Source: Zoogloea sp.
Lineage (GTDB): Bacteria > Pseudomonadota > Gammaproteobacteria > Burkholderiales > Rhodocyclaceae
Length of the DNA stretch: 64,000 nt
Direction: 5' to 3'
Assembly: GCF_028693495.1 (NCBI RefSeq)
Contig: NZ_JAQUVG010000003.1
Coordinates: 8,416-72,415, forward strand
Of the stretch, positions 16,273-25,408 are shown piece after piece. Positions within the stretch are counted from its first letter, which is position 1. Each line of letters starts with the position of its first letter. The notes under the pieces are model-generated. The model worked only from the letters and a program-made list of their open reading frames with translations, had not been told where the DNA came from and did no database searches. The position numbers and the translations under genes are program-made.

Positions 16273-17174
16273 TGTGGATCTCCGTCATCCTGCAGGCTGA
16301 CGCGACGCGCGCCGAAGCCCTCTCCGAAGCCCTGATGGAGCACGGTGCCCTGTCGGTCAGCATCGACGACGCCGACGCCGGCACCGACGCCGAAAAACCC
16401 CAGTTCGGCGAGCCGGGCATGCACCCAGCCAGCCTGTGGGACCACAGCCGCGTCGTCGCACTGTTCGACACCGACATCGACCTGGCCCAGGCGCTGGCCA
16501 CCGCCTCCGCTGCAGCCGGGCTCGATGCCGTACCGCCCTTCACCATTGAGGAAATCGAAGAGCAGAACTGGGTCCAGCTCACCCAGAGCCAGTTCGACCC
16601 GATCCGCATCACCGACCGCCTGTGGATCGTGCCCTCGTGGCACGAATCCCCGGCGCCGGACGCCATCAACCTGGTCCTCGACCCGGGCATGGCCTTCGGC
16701 ACCGGTTCCCACCCCACCACCCGGCTGTGCCTCGAGTGGCTCACCACCGAGATCCAGCCCGGCGTCAGCGTGCTTGATTACGGCTGTGGCTCCGGCATCC
16801 TGGCCATCGCCGCCGTCAAGCTGGGTGCTGGCGAGGTGACCGGCGTGGACATCGACGAGAAGGCTGTCGAGACCGCTGCCGACAACGCCGCCAACAACAG
16901 CGCCAGCCTGCACCTGCAGGTCTCGGCCCAGCCCCTGGACGGCACCTTCCAGCGCGTGGTGGCCAACATCCTGACCAATCCCCTTAAGGTACTGGCACCC
17001 CTGCTGGCGGCCCGGGTCGCCCCTGGCGGAAAGCTGGCCCTGTCCGGCGTCCTGGAGGCCCAGGCCGAGGACGTGATCAAAGCCTACGCACCCTACATCT
17101 CCCTCCAGGTAGGTGCGACCCATGAAGGCTGGGTTCGTCTGGAAGGCGAGCGGCCGGAGCAGGCAGTGTCATGA
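16272..17174 (+). CDS. prmA: Ribosomal protein L11 methyltransferase
   Basis: FGTGSHPTTRLCLEWL and VLDYGCGSGILAIAAVKLGA motifs. Sits in the conserved accBC-prmA order, with the start overlapping the accC stop (TGATG). Confidence 0.93.
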   Translation: MWISVILQADATRAEALSEALMEHGALSVSIDDADAGTDAEKPQFGEPGMHPASLWDHSRVVALFDTDIDLAQALATASAAAGLDAVPPFTIEEIEEQNWVQLTQSQFDPIRITDRLWIVPSWHESPAPDAINLVLDPGMAFGTGSHPTTRLCLEWLTTEIQPGVSVLDYGCGSGILAIAAVKLGAGEVTGVDIDEKAVETAADNAANNSASLHLQVSAQPLDGTFQRVVANILTNPLKVLAPLLAARVAPGGKLALSGVLEAQAEDVIKAYAPYISLQVGATHEGWVRLEGERPEQAVS

Positions 17175-18562
17175 TCCTGGCGCGCTGCCCGGCGTGCTCC
17201 ACCGTTTTCCGGGTACGTCCCGAGCAGTTGCGCGCCCGGAGCGGGCTGGTCCGCTGCGGGCAGTGTCAGCATACCTTCAATGCCCTGGATACGCTGGTGG
17301 ATGAAGGTGATGAAGTCCCCGCTGCGCCCCCCCTCCTGCAGGCCATGGAGGAACCGGGGCCACCACCCAGCCCATCCGGCCCCCTCTTCGTACTGGAAGA
17401 AAAAGAACCGGAAAATGCCCTGCTCGATCCGCTGGAGGTGTCTGCCCCAACCCACGAGCTGCCCCTTCCTCCTGGCGAACTGCCTTCATCCGGCCCCCCA
17501 CCCGCAGACATCTCGCCTTGGGAGGATGTGCCCCTAGATCCAGACGACAGCTGCGCCCCCCTCCCCTCTGGCCTTCCCCTTCCAGGCAGCGGGATGGTCG
17601 GGACCCCACCGCCTCTTGAACTGGATTTCGACCTGGAGCTCGTCCCCTCGTCCGGGAACGCTGGGCACCTGGAGAAGAGCCTTGAGCCAGCTTCCGGACA
17701 GGTGGCGGATGAGCGCGACCTGAGTGCTGTCGCTGCGACCCTGACCTGGCCAGCCGAGCTCACGTCATTGCGGAACGAGCCCTCCATCACACCGGATTTT
17801 GAGCTGGACGATCTGCACCAAAGCCTTCCCGAGCCACTGACATCCCCCTCTTTCGAGCCGGCTCTGGATGAGGCTGCGGCCCCGCTGGACTTCGAATCGC
17901 TGATTCACACCCGCGACCAGGGCAGGGAGAATGAGCCCCCCCAGGCGCCACTGTTGCAAGGGGCACGGGCAGGAACAACCGCGCCAAACCAGTCGCGCCC
18001 CCCCTTGCCGGCCTCCGATCTGGAAAAGCCCGCGGCCGAGGCCGACGAAGACACCGCGGAGGAAGCCGACGAAGAGGGAGACAAGGGCTGGGGACAGGCG
18101 CTCTGGGCTGCAGCAGCGACGCTTCTGCTCCTGACCATGGCCGCCCAGGGCGTGCTCGTGTTCCGTAACGAGGTTGCCCTCGCCAATCCCCACCTGCGCC
18201 CCTTCCTGGAGAGCCTGTGTGCCGGCATCGGCTGTGAGCTGCCATTACCCCGTGAATCCTCGTTGATCGCCATCGAGAGCTCGGACATCCAGCCCGATGC
18301 TGGTCATGAGGCCCTGTTCACCCTCCACGCAACCCTGCGCAACCGGGCGGAGTTCCAGCAAACCTGGCCCCACCTGGAAATCACCCTGACGGATGCCCGG
18401 GATAAAGCCCTGGTGCGCCGGGTCCTCTCGCCAGATCAGTGGCGCCCCGCCGAAGCGCCGAAGGCGGCCTTCCCTGCCAAAAGCGAAATCGTCAGCCGGG
18501 TCGCCTTCGAAGCACCCGGCATAGCGGCTGCTGGCTACCGGGTCTATGCCTTTTATCCCTGA
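17171..18562 (+). CDS. MJ0042-type zinc-ribbon protein with C-terminal DUF3426-like domain
   Basis: N-terminal CPACSTVFRV...RCGQCQHTFNAL zinc ribbon. Then ~250 aa of Pro/Glu/Asp/Leu-rich low complexity, one TM (ALWAAAATLLLLTMAAQGVLVF) and a conserved C-terminal domain. ATGA overlap with prmA. Confidence 0.72.
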   Translation: MILARCPACSTVFRVRPEQLRARSGLVRCGQCQHTFNALDTLVDEGDEVPAAPPLLQAMEEPGPPPSPSGPLFVLEEKEPENALLDPLEVSAPTHELPLPPGELPSSGPPPADISPWEDVPLDPDDSCAPLPSGLPLPGSGMVGTPPPLELDFDLELVPSSGNAGHLEKSLEPASGQVADERDLSAVAATLTWPAELTSLRNEPSITPDFELDDLHQSLPEPLTSPSFEPALDEAAAPLDFESLIHTRDQGRENEPPQAPLLQGARAGTTAPNQSRPPLPASDLEKPAAEADEDTAEEADEEGDKGWGQALWAAAATLLLLTMAAQGVLVFRNEVALANPHLRPFLESLCAGIGCELPLPRESSLIAIESSDIQPDAGHEALFTLHATLRNRAEFQQTWPHLEITLTDARDKALVRRVLSPDQWRPAEAPKAAFPAKSEIVSRVAFEAPGIAAAGYRVYAFYP

Positions 18563-18620
18563 CCACGTCCGGGATTAACGCAGCCTCGTCCCGCTCAACC
18601 TCGCACCACGCAACAACATC

Positions 18621-19556
18621 ATGTCCACACTCATCTGCGGCTCCATCGCCTTCGATTCGATCATGGTGTTCCATGATCGCTTCCGCAACCATATCCTGCC
18701 CGAGCAGATCCACATCCTGAATGTCTCTTTCCTGGTACCGGAGATGCGTCGGGAATTTGGTGGCTGCGCCGGCAACATCGGCTACAACCTCAAGCTGCTG
18801 GGGGGGGAGCCGCTGCTCATGGCCACCGTCGGCGACGATGCCACCCCCTATCTTGAACGTCTTGATCGACTGGGCATATCCCGTGCCCACGTGACTCAGG
18901 TGCCAGGCACCTTCACCGCCCAGGCCTTCATCACCACAGACCTGGATGACAACCAGATCACTGCCTTCCACCCCGGGGCAATGGTGCACTCTCACCGCAA
19001 CAAGGTCAGCGATGCCCAGGGAGTCACGCTGGGGATCGTTTCCCCGGACGGCCGCGACGGCATGCTCGAACACGCCCGCCAGTTTTCGGAGGCAGGCATC
19101 CCCTTCATCTTCGATCCGGGCCAGGGTCTTCCCATGTTCAACGGGGATGAACTGCTGCACTGCCTGCAACTGGCCGACTATTGCACGGTCAATGACTACG
19201 AAGCCCAACTGCTGTGCGAGCGCACCGGTCGCAGCCCGGAGTCCCTGGCCACTGAAGTCAAGGCTCTGGTCGTGACCCGGGGCGGCGAAGGGTCAGAAAT
19301 TCATGTGGACGGGCGCAAGCTGGAGATTCCCTGCGCGACACCGGCCAGCCTGACCGACCCCACCGGCTGCGGTGATGCCTACCGGGCCGGCCTGCTGTAT
19401 GGAATCGAGCAGGGTATGGACTGGGAGCAGACCGGACGTCTGGCGTCCCTGATGGGCGCCCTCAAGATCGCCTGCCGGGGCGGACAGAACCATGCCCCGA
19501 GCCGGGATGAAATCGCCGAAGCCTATCGGCAGACTTTTGGTTCAACCCTGTGGTGA
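18621..19556 (+). CDS. PfkB-family carbohydrate/nucleoside kinase
   Basis: 311 aa. Ribokinase-like fold motifs GGCAGNIGYNL and DPTGCGDAYRAGLLYG. Confidence 0.85.
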   Translation: MSTLICGSIAFDSIMVFHDRFRNHILPEQIHILNVSFLVPEMRREFGGCAGNIGYNLKLLGGEPLLMATVGDDATPYLERLDRLGISRAHVTQVPGTFTAQAFITTDLDDNQITAFHPGAMVHSHRNKVSDAQGVTLGIVSPDGRDGMLEHARQFSEAGIPFIFDPGQGLPMFNGDELLHCLQLADYCTVNDYEAQLLCERTGRSPESLATEVKALVVTRGGEGSEIHVDGRKLEIPCATPASLTDPTGCGDAYRAGLLYGIEQGMDWEQTGRLASLMGALKIACRGGQNHAPSRDEIAEAYRQTFGSTLW

Positions 19557-19567
19557 AAGGAACCCTC

Positions 19568-20023
19568 ATGCGAATCCTGAACATCGGCCTGGCCCTGGCG
19601 GCCGCCATCAGCATTACCGGCTGTGCCTCCGGCCTGGGTGGAGGCGACTACGAACGTACCGAAGCACGACGCGTGATGAGCGTGCGGATGGGCACCATCG
19701 AAGGTGTCCGCCTGGTCAAGCTGGAAGGCACCAACTCTCCGATCGGCTCCATCGGCGGCGCTGCCATCGGCGGTGTTGCGGGCAGCACCGTCGGTCAGGG
19801 CAAAGGTGCAGCCATCGCGGCCGTGGTGGGCGCTGTAGTGGGCGGCATTGCCGGCGCCGCCGCCGAGGAAGGCCTGACCCGCAAACAGGGGGTCGAAGTC
19901 ACTGTCAAACTCGACAATGGCGAGCTGCTGGCCATCGTCCAGGAAGACGGTGGCGAGAACTTCAAACCCGGTGAGCGGGTCCGCCTGCTCCAGGATGGCC
20001 GCAACACCCGCGTCACCCGCTGA
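19568..20023 (+). CDS. Glycine-zipper outer-membrane lipoprotein (SlyB/17-kDa antigen-like)
   Basis: Start moved to ATG 19568. Lipobox AAISITGC, and glycine-zipper repeats GSIGGAAIGGVAGSTVGQGKGAAIAAVVGAVVGGIAGAAA. Confidence 0.8.
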   Translation: MRILNIGLALAAAISITGCASGLGGGDYERTEARRVMSVRMGTIEGVRLVKLEGTNSPIGSIGGAAIGGVAGSTVGQGKGAAIAAVVGAVVGGIAGAAAEEGLTRKQGVEVTVKLDNGELLAIVQEDGGENFKPGERVRLLQDGRNTRVTR

Positions 20024-20167
20024 ATCAGCCAGTTCATCCATATCCACTGGGGGATCAGATGCCCCCCAGTTCCTTTCCGGGCCGGCGTCATACACCCGTC
20101 ATCACTCGTTCACGGCAGCGCAATCTGGTCTTTCCAGAATGGATGGAAACCTACAGAGGATTCCGTC

Positions 20168-20926
20168 ATGCTGCAGAAGCAACAGAACATCACCCAGCGC
20201 TCCGGGCGCAACCTGCATGCAGGCCTGGCCAGCTGCCCCACCGAGATTCTGGAAGCCCAGAAGCTTCGCTATCGCGTCTTTGGTGAGGAGATGGGTGCTC
20301 GACTGTCCAGCCGCATCCCTGGAGTGGATCGGGATCTGTACGACCCCTTCTGCAAACACCTGATTGTCCGCGACGAGGACGCAGGAAAGATCGTTGGCAC
20401 CTACCGGATCCTCTCACCGAGTGCAGCGAGGGAAGTGGGCAGCTACTACTCCGAAAGCGAATTCGACCTGACCCGCCTGCGCCACCTGCGCAACCGGATG
20501 GTGGAAGTCGGTCGCTCCTGCATTGACGCTGAATACCGCTCCGGTGCGGTGATCACCCTGCTCTGGGCAGGCCTGGCCCGCTACATGGTGGAAAACGGCT
20601 ACGACTACCTGATTGGCTGCGCATCCATCAGCATGGCTGACGGCGGGCATGCAGCGGCCAGCCTGTATAATCGCCTGAAGGATGAGCACATGTGCCCGCT
20701 GGAGTACCGGGTCTTCCCCCGTACCCCTCTGCCCCTCCAGGCCCTCCGTCAGGATCTGGACGCCGAAACCCCGCCCCTGATCAAGGGCTACCTGCGTGCG
20801 GGTGCCTGGATTTGTGGCGACCCCGCCTGGGATCCCGACTTCAACACGGCGGATCTGCCCATCCTGCTGCCGGTGTCCCGGATGGACGCCCGTTATGCCA
20901 AACACTTCATGGGACGCAAGGACTGA
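20168..20926 (+). CDS. olsB: GNAT-family N-acyltransferase, OlsB-type (ornithine lipid synthesis, first step)
   Basis: AQKLRYRVFGEEMGA...LYDPFCKHLIVRD...GTYRILSP is typical of OlsB/hemolysin-like acyltransferases. It is followed by a PlsC-type acyltransferase. Confidence 0.82.
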   Translation: MLQKQQNITQRSGRNLHAGLASCPTEILEAQKLRYRVFGEEMGARLSSRIPGVDRDLYDPFCKHLIVRDEDAGKIVGTYRILSPSAAREVGSYYSESEFDLTRLRHLRNRMVEVGRSCIDAEYRSGAVITLLWAGLARYMVENGYDYLIGCASISMADGGHAAASLYNRLKDEHMCPLEYRVFPRTPLPLQALRQDLDAETPPLIKGYLRAGAWICGDPAWDPDFNTADLPILLPVSRMDARYAKHFMGRKD

Positions 20927-21678
20927 AACCCGCCAGCCCCACTCCACCGCTGCTTCGCACCCTGCGCTACGTCCGTCTGTCGGTTCACGTGCTGAGAGGA
21001 TTCATCCTCTCGGCGCTGTATCTTCCCCTCATCCGCCCATCCCGACGGATACGCCTCAAGCAGAACTGGTCCAGGCAGTTGTTACTCATTCTGGGCATAC
21101 GGATCGTGGCAGACGAGCCTTTTGTAGCGCCCGGTAGCCTGCTGGTCGCCAATCACATCTCGTGGCTGGACATTTTCGTGATCAACGCCGCCTTCCCTGC
21201 CGCCTTCGTCTCCAAGGCCGAGGTAGGCCAGTGGCCCTTGATCGGCTGGCTGGCGGCCCGCCACGAAACCGTGTTCCTGCGCCGGGGCAGCCGCGGTCAC
21301 GCGAAGATCGTCAATGGGGAAATCGAGGCACTTCTCGGCCAGGGGCGCCACGTGGCAATCTTTCCGGAAGGTACCACCACCGACGGGCGTCATGTCCAGG
21401 GCTTCCATGCCGCCCTGCTCCAGCCTGCAGTCGAGATCGGCGCTCCGGTCCAGCCTGTCGCCCTGACCTACCGCCTGCCCGACGGTGCTTACACCCGGGC
21501 GCCTGCCTACGACGGGGACGTCAGTCTGCTGGAATGCCTGCAGGCCGTGATCGCAGAACGGGAGATCATTGCCCGGGTGGGGGTCTTGCCCGCCCTGAGC
21601 AGCACCGCCGGACTTGATCGCAAGGCCATGGCGCAGGCAGCGCGAGCTGCCATCATGGCACGCATCGCCGACCACTGA
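20923..21678 (+). CDS. olsA: Lysophospholipid/lyso-ornithine-lipid O-acyltransferase (PlsC family, OlsA-type); start codon non-canonical or uncertain
   Basis: HX4D motif (VANHISWLDIF) and FPEGTTTDG motif. The track ORF start (GTG 20692) overlaps olsB by 235 nt. The conserved N-terminal helix LRTLRYVRLSVHVLRG lies upstream of the next GTG. The only nearby start-like codon is CTG 20923, inside a CTGA overlap with the olsB stop. Confidence 0.78.
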   Translation: MKPASPTPPLLRTLRYVRLSVHVLRGFILSALYLPLIRPSRRIRLKQNWSRQLLLILGIRIVADEPFVAPGSLLVANHISWLDIFVINAAFPAAFVSKAEVGQWPLIGWLAARHETVFLRRGSRGHAKIVNGEIEALLGQGRHVAIFPEGTTTDGRHVQGFHAALLQPAVEIGAPVQPVALTYRLPDGAYTRAPAYDGDVSLLECLQAVIAEREIIARVGVLPALSSTAGLDRKAMAQAARAAIMARIADH

Positions 21679-21691
21679 ATCCGACGTGCCA

Positions 21692-22525
21692 TCAGGACGG
21701 CCGGGGCTTGCCGTGTGCCAGCCCCGGGCAGGGGATCTGAAACACGCTCCTGTCCTCCAGGCGCACAGCCGTCAGCTCACGTCCCCACAGGCAACCGGAA
21801 TCCAGGGCCAGCAGATTGGGCTCGACGCGCAAACCCAGCGCTGACCAGTGCCCGAACACCAGGGTGGTGTCGGCACTGCGGCGGCCGGGCACCTCGAACC
21901 AGGGCAGATAGCCCTTCGGTGCCTTGGTCACTTCGCCCTTCACCTTGAAGTCCATCTGTCCATCCACGGTGCAGAAACGCATCCGGGTCATCGCGTTAAC
22001 CACCACCCGCATCCGCTCGTGGTCCCGCAGGTCATCCCGCCAGGCCACCGGTTCACTACCCCACAGGTTATGGAGCAGCTCGGCATGATACGGTCCCGCC
22101 AGCGCGCCCTCCACCTCACGGGCCAGCGCCCGGGCCTGAGGTACGGTCCAGCCCGGCAGCAGGCCCGCATGAACCATCGCACAACCGCTTTCCACATGCA
22201 TCAGCGGACGCGTGCGGAGCCAGCTCAGCAAGCTCTCCCGATCCGGGGCATCAAGCACCGCCTGCAGCGTGTCGTCCTTGCCCCGGCTGCGGATCGCCCC
22301 GTAAGCCACCATCAACAGGTAGAGGTCATGGTTGCCCAGGACGGTGATTGCCGCCGGACCGAGGTCACGAATGAAGCGCAGCGTCTGCAGGGAATCGGGG
22401 CCACGGTTGACCAGGTCCCCCACAAGCCACAGACGGTCCCGGGCCGGGTCGAAGGAAACCCGCTTGAGCAAGGCGGCCAGGGAAGTGAAGCAGCCCTGGA
22501 TGTCACCGATTGCGTAAGTCGCCAT
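21692..22525 (-). CDS. apaH: Bis(5'-nucleosyl)-tetraphosphatase, symmetrical
   Basis: MATYAIGDIQGC...LWLVGDLVNRGPDS...GNHD metallophosphatase motifs, 277 aa. Confidence 0.93.
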   Translation of the reverse strand: MATYAIGDIQGCFTSLAALLKRVSFDPARDRLWLVGDLVNRGPDSLQTLRFIRDLGPAAITVLGNHDLYLLMVAYGAIRSRGKDDTLQAVLDAPDRESLLSWLRTRPLMHVESGCAMVHAGLLPGWTVPQARALAREVEGALAGPYHAELLHNLWGSEPVAWRDDLRDHERMRVVVNAMTRMRFCTVDGQMDFKVKGEVTKAPKGYLPWFEVPGRRSADTTLVFGHWSALGLRVEPNLLALDSGCLWGRELTAVRLEDRSVFQIPCPGLAHGKPRPS

Positions 22526-22526
22526 G

Positions 22527-24443
22527 TCAGGCTCGCTGTTCCTTTTTGGCCACCACGGTCAGGGGTGGCGCGGTGGGCTGAGCTGGGGTGTACTCGGGCA
22601 CCCAGCGTCTCAATTCCTTGCGTACTTCCACAGCCCCCACCGACCGGCGCTGGCGCAACCAGTGCAGCAGCGCTTCAAGCCAGCCGTCCTCCACCTCCTG
22701 AGCCCGGGCGATCCGCAGCTTGGGATGGTGGGTGGCTCGGGTCTGCTCGGTATCAGCGAGGACTTCCTCATAGAGTTTCTCACCCGGGCGCAAGCCGGTG
22801 AATACAACCCGGATCTCGCTCTCCGAATGGCCTGACAACCGGATCATGTCCCGGGCCATGTCAGCGATGCGCACCGGCTCACCCATGTCGAGCACGAAAA
22901 TTTCACCGCCATGTCCCATCGACCCCGCCTGCAGCACCAGCTGGGCAGCCTCAGGAATGGACATGAAAAAACGGGTGATGTCCGGGTGCGTCACGGTCAC
23001 CGGTCCGCCTGCCGAAATCTGCTCCTGAAACTTGGGAATGACACTCCCCGCGCTCCCCAGCACATTACCGAAACGGACAATCTCGAACTGAGTCTTACCC
23101 CTCGCCGACAGCGACTGACAGACCCGCTCGGCCAAGCGCTTGGTGGCACCCATCACGTTGGTCGGATTGACCGCCTTGTCGGTGGAAACCAGCACGAAGC
23201 GGGGAACCCCGAAAGTCACCGCACTACGGGCCACCTGCCAGGTTCCGAGAACATTGTTGCGCACAGCCTCCCAGGCGTTGTCATCCTCCATCAGGGGAAC
23301 ATGCTTGTAAGCCGCCGCATGGAAGACCACATGGGGACGGTAACGGCCGAGCACCTCATCCACCCGGATCGCATCCTTGACATCCCCTGCCAGCAACAGC
23401 ACCTGCACCCCGGGGAAATGGCTGGCGAACTCCTCCCCCAGGCGGTACAGGGAAAATTCGCTCACATCGAAGCAAATCAGCAGGGACGGCTCGAAACGGG
23501 CAATCTGGCGACACAGCTCCGATCCGATGGAGCCTCCCGCACCGGTCACCATGACCACCTTGCCGCGCAGATACTCCCTGACTTCCGCGGTATGAATATG
23601 CACCGGGTCACGGCCGAGTAGGTCTTCCAGGTCCACCTGGCGGACTGCGCTGTACTCCACCCGGCCGGCCATCACGTCCTCGATGGCCGGAAGAATCATC
23701 GCCTTCACGCCAGCCCTCACACAGGCACTGGTCACCGCACGGCGGACCTGGTGACGGGCGGACGGCATGGCAATGATGGCCGTGCGGACCTTGAACTCTT
23801 CGGAAAGGTGCTCAAGATCGGCGATTCGCCCCAGCACCTTGCAGCCATAGACCTCACGCCCCTGGCGCCGGGGGTCGTCGTCGAGCAAGCCCACAACCCG
23901 CCATTCGGAGGAGCGGGCCAGATCCCGGATCAACCCGGCAGCCTCCTCCCCCGAACCGAGTACGATGACGGGCTGCCCCTGTGCCCGCAAGGCACCGTAC
24001 AGGTGGAACTCCTTCCAGGTTCGATAAAGGGCACGGGTTCCCCCCATATAGACTGCCAGCAACAGCGGCTGGAGCAGGAATACCAACCGGGGCACCGCCG
24101 GGAAGGCGCCAGCGGTCACCACCACCACCAGCAAGGGGGTGACGAGGGTCGCCACCAGGACCGCCCGGGCAATCCGCAACAGATCCGGCAGACTGGCAAA
24201 CACCCAGACGCCCCGGTAAAGGCCAAAGGCACGCATCAGGGAACCCTGCACCACCAGCGCAGCTCCCAGGCCTGCGATGGCCGCCGGGTGGAAGTCGGCA
24301 GGGACGTCAAGATTGAAGCGGATCAGGTAGGCCAGCCACCAGGACAGCGCGACCCCCACGAGATCGGACAGGAACACCAGCAGGGGATGAAAGTTTTTGG
24401 GGATCAAGGTCGGGAAGCACTGCGAGCCAGGTGCCGACGCCAT
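22527..24443 (-). CDS. Membrane-bound nucleotide-sugar 4,6-dehydratase/epimerase (CapD/WbpM/PglF family)
   Basis: Start moved to ATG 24443. Four N-terminal TM segments, then the Rossmann motif VMVTGAGGSIGSELCRQI and an SDR-extended core. The 838-aa track ORF overlaps the upstream gene. Confidence 0.9.
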   Translation of the reverse strand: MASAPGSQCFPTLIPKNFHPLLVFLSDLVGVALSWWLAYLIRFNLDVPADFHPAAIAGLGAALVVQGSLMRAFGLYRGVWVFASLPDLLRIARAVLVATLVTPLLVVVVTAGAFPAVPRLVFLLQPLLLAVYMGGTRALYRTWKEFHLYGALRAQGQPVIVLGSGEEAAGLIRDLARSSEWRVVGLLDDDPRRQGREVYGCKVLGRIADLEHLSEEFKVRTAIIAMPSARHQVRRAVTSACVRAGVKAMILPAIEDVMAGRVEYSAVRQVDLEDLLGRDPVHIHTAEVREYLRGKVVMVTGAGGSIGSELCRQIARFEPSLLICFDVSEFSLYRLGEEFASHFPGVQVLLLAGDVKDAIRVDEVLGRYRPHVVFHAAAYKHVPLMEDDNAWEAVRNNVLGTWQVARSAVTFGVPRFVLVSTDKAVNPTNVMGATKRLAERVCQSLSARGKTQFEIVRFGNVLGSAGSVIPKFQEQISAGGPVTVTHPDITRFFMSIPEAAQLVLQAGSMGHGGEIFVLDMGEPVRIADMARDMIRLSGHSESEIRVVFTGLRPGEKLYEEVLADTEQTRATHHPKLRIARAQEVEDGWLEALLHWLRQRRSVGAVEVRKELRRWVPEYTPAQPTAPPLTVVAKKEQRA

Positions 24444-25408
24444 GCGACATCGATCCCCAGCCCCAGAAGAAAATGCATCAACAGCACGATTGTAATGAGG
24501 GCCCACTGCCAGGAGAAGTCCAGTCTCAGCATGCCCACGGCAGAGGCGCCCGAACCGGCCATCAGAAAGTAAGCCAGCAGCGCCGTCCGGCGATGACCGA
24601 ACCCCAGCTGAACCAGGCGCTGATAGTAATGGGTCCGGTGAGCCTGCCAGACCCGTTCCCGTCGCAGGGCCCGCTGCAGCAGGGTCACGCTTGCATCCAG
24701 GATGAAGGGCGCGAAGACCAGGAGTGGAAACCACAGGGGCCAGGCGCCGGCACCCGAGCCGCACAGCCCGAGGGCGCCCGCCAGAAACCCCAAGGGCACC
24801 GATCCTGCATCCCCCATGAAGATCCGTGCCGGATGAAAATTGAAGCACAGGAAACCTGCCGCCGCCGCTGCGATGCTGGCAGCCAGCAGGGCCAGGGCAG
24901 GCAGGTCCCCCAGCCAGGCCGCAGCCGCCAACGCCGAAAAACCGAACAGCCCCATGCCTCCCGCCAGCCCGTCGGCGCCATCCATGAAATTGTAGAGATT
25001 GGCCATCCACACCAGCCCGACGGTCATCAGCACCCGCAGCCACCCGGGCTGTTCCAGCCCCAGCAATGCCAGCACACTCGCCGCAGCCACGAACTGAACC
25101 AGGAAACGGAGCCGTGCCGGCAGGCTGCGCCGGTCATCCAGCAAGCCGATGGCGGCCAGCAGCATGGCCCCCCCCAGGGCTGCGAAAAGCCCGTTTCCCA
25201 GGCCATCCGCAAGCCACAGGGCCAGGCCAGCGGCAAGCACCCCTGCCATGACCCCCACGCCACCGGTTCGCGGCGTCGGACGGACATGGAGGGAACGCTC
25301 ATTGGGATGATCCAGGAAATACAGCCAGGATCCCGGACGGCAGCACTGCCGGGTGACCCCCCAGGCTACCCCGAAGGCCAGCACGGGAATCAACCATTCA
25401 ACGGCCAT
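24404..25408 (-). CDS. Glycosyltransferase family 4 polyprenyl-phosphate sugar-1-phosphate transferase (WecA/WbpL/MraY-like)
   Basis: Polytopic membrane protein with NLYNFMDGADGLAGG and FMGDAGSVPLGF motifs. Start at ATG 25408 (MAVEWLIPVL...). Confidence 0.88.
   Translation of the reverse strand: MAVEWLIPVLAFGVAWGVTRQCCRPGSWLYFLDHPNERSLHVRPTPRTGGVGVMAGVLAAGLALWLADGLGNGLFAALGGAMLLAAIGLLDDRRSLPARLRFLVQFVAAASVLALLGLEQPGWLRVLMTVGLVWMANLYNFMDGADGLAGGMGLFGFSALAAAAWLGDLPALALLAASIAAAAAGFLCFNFHPARIFMGDAGSVPLGFLAGALGLCGSGAGAWPLWFPLLVFAPFILDASVTLLQRALRRERVWQAHRTHYYQRLVQLGFGHRRTALLAYFLMAGSGASAVGMLRLDFSWQWALITIVLLMHFLLGLGIDVAWRRHLARSASRP

Noticed and set aside
20692-20922. Track start (GTG 20692) for the olsA ORF, giving a 328-aa protein.
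   Set aside because: It would overlap olsB by 235 nt in another frame, and the extra residues are Pro/Gly/Arg-rich with no similarity to PlsC-family N-termini.
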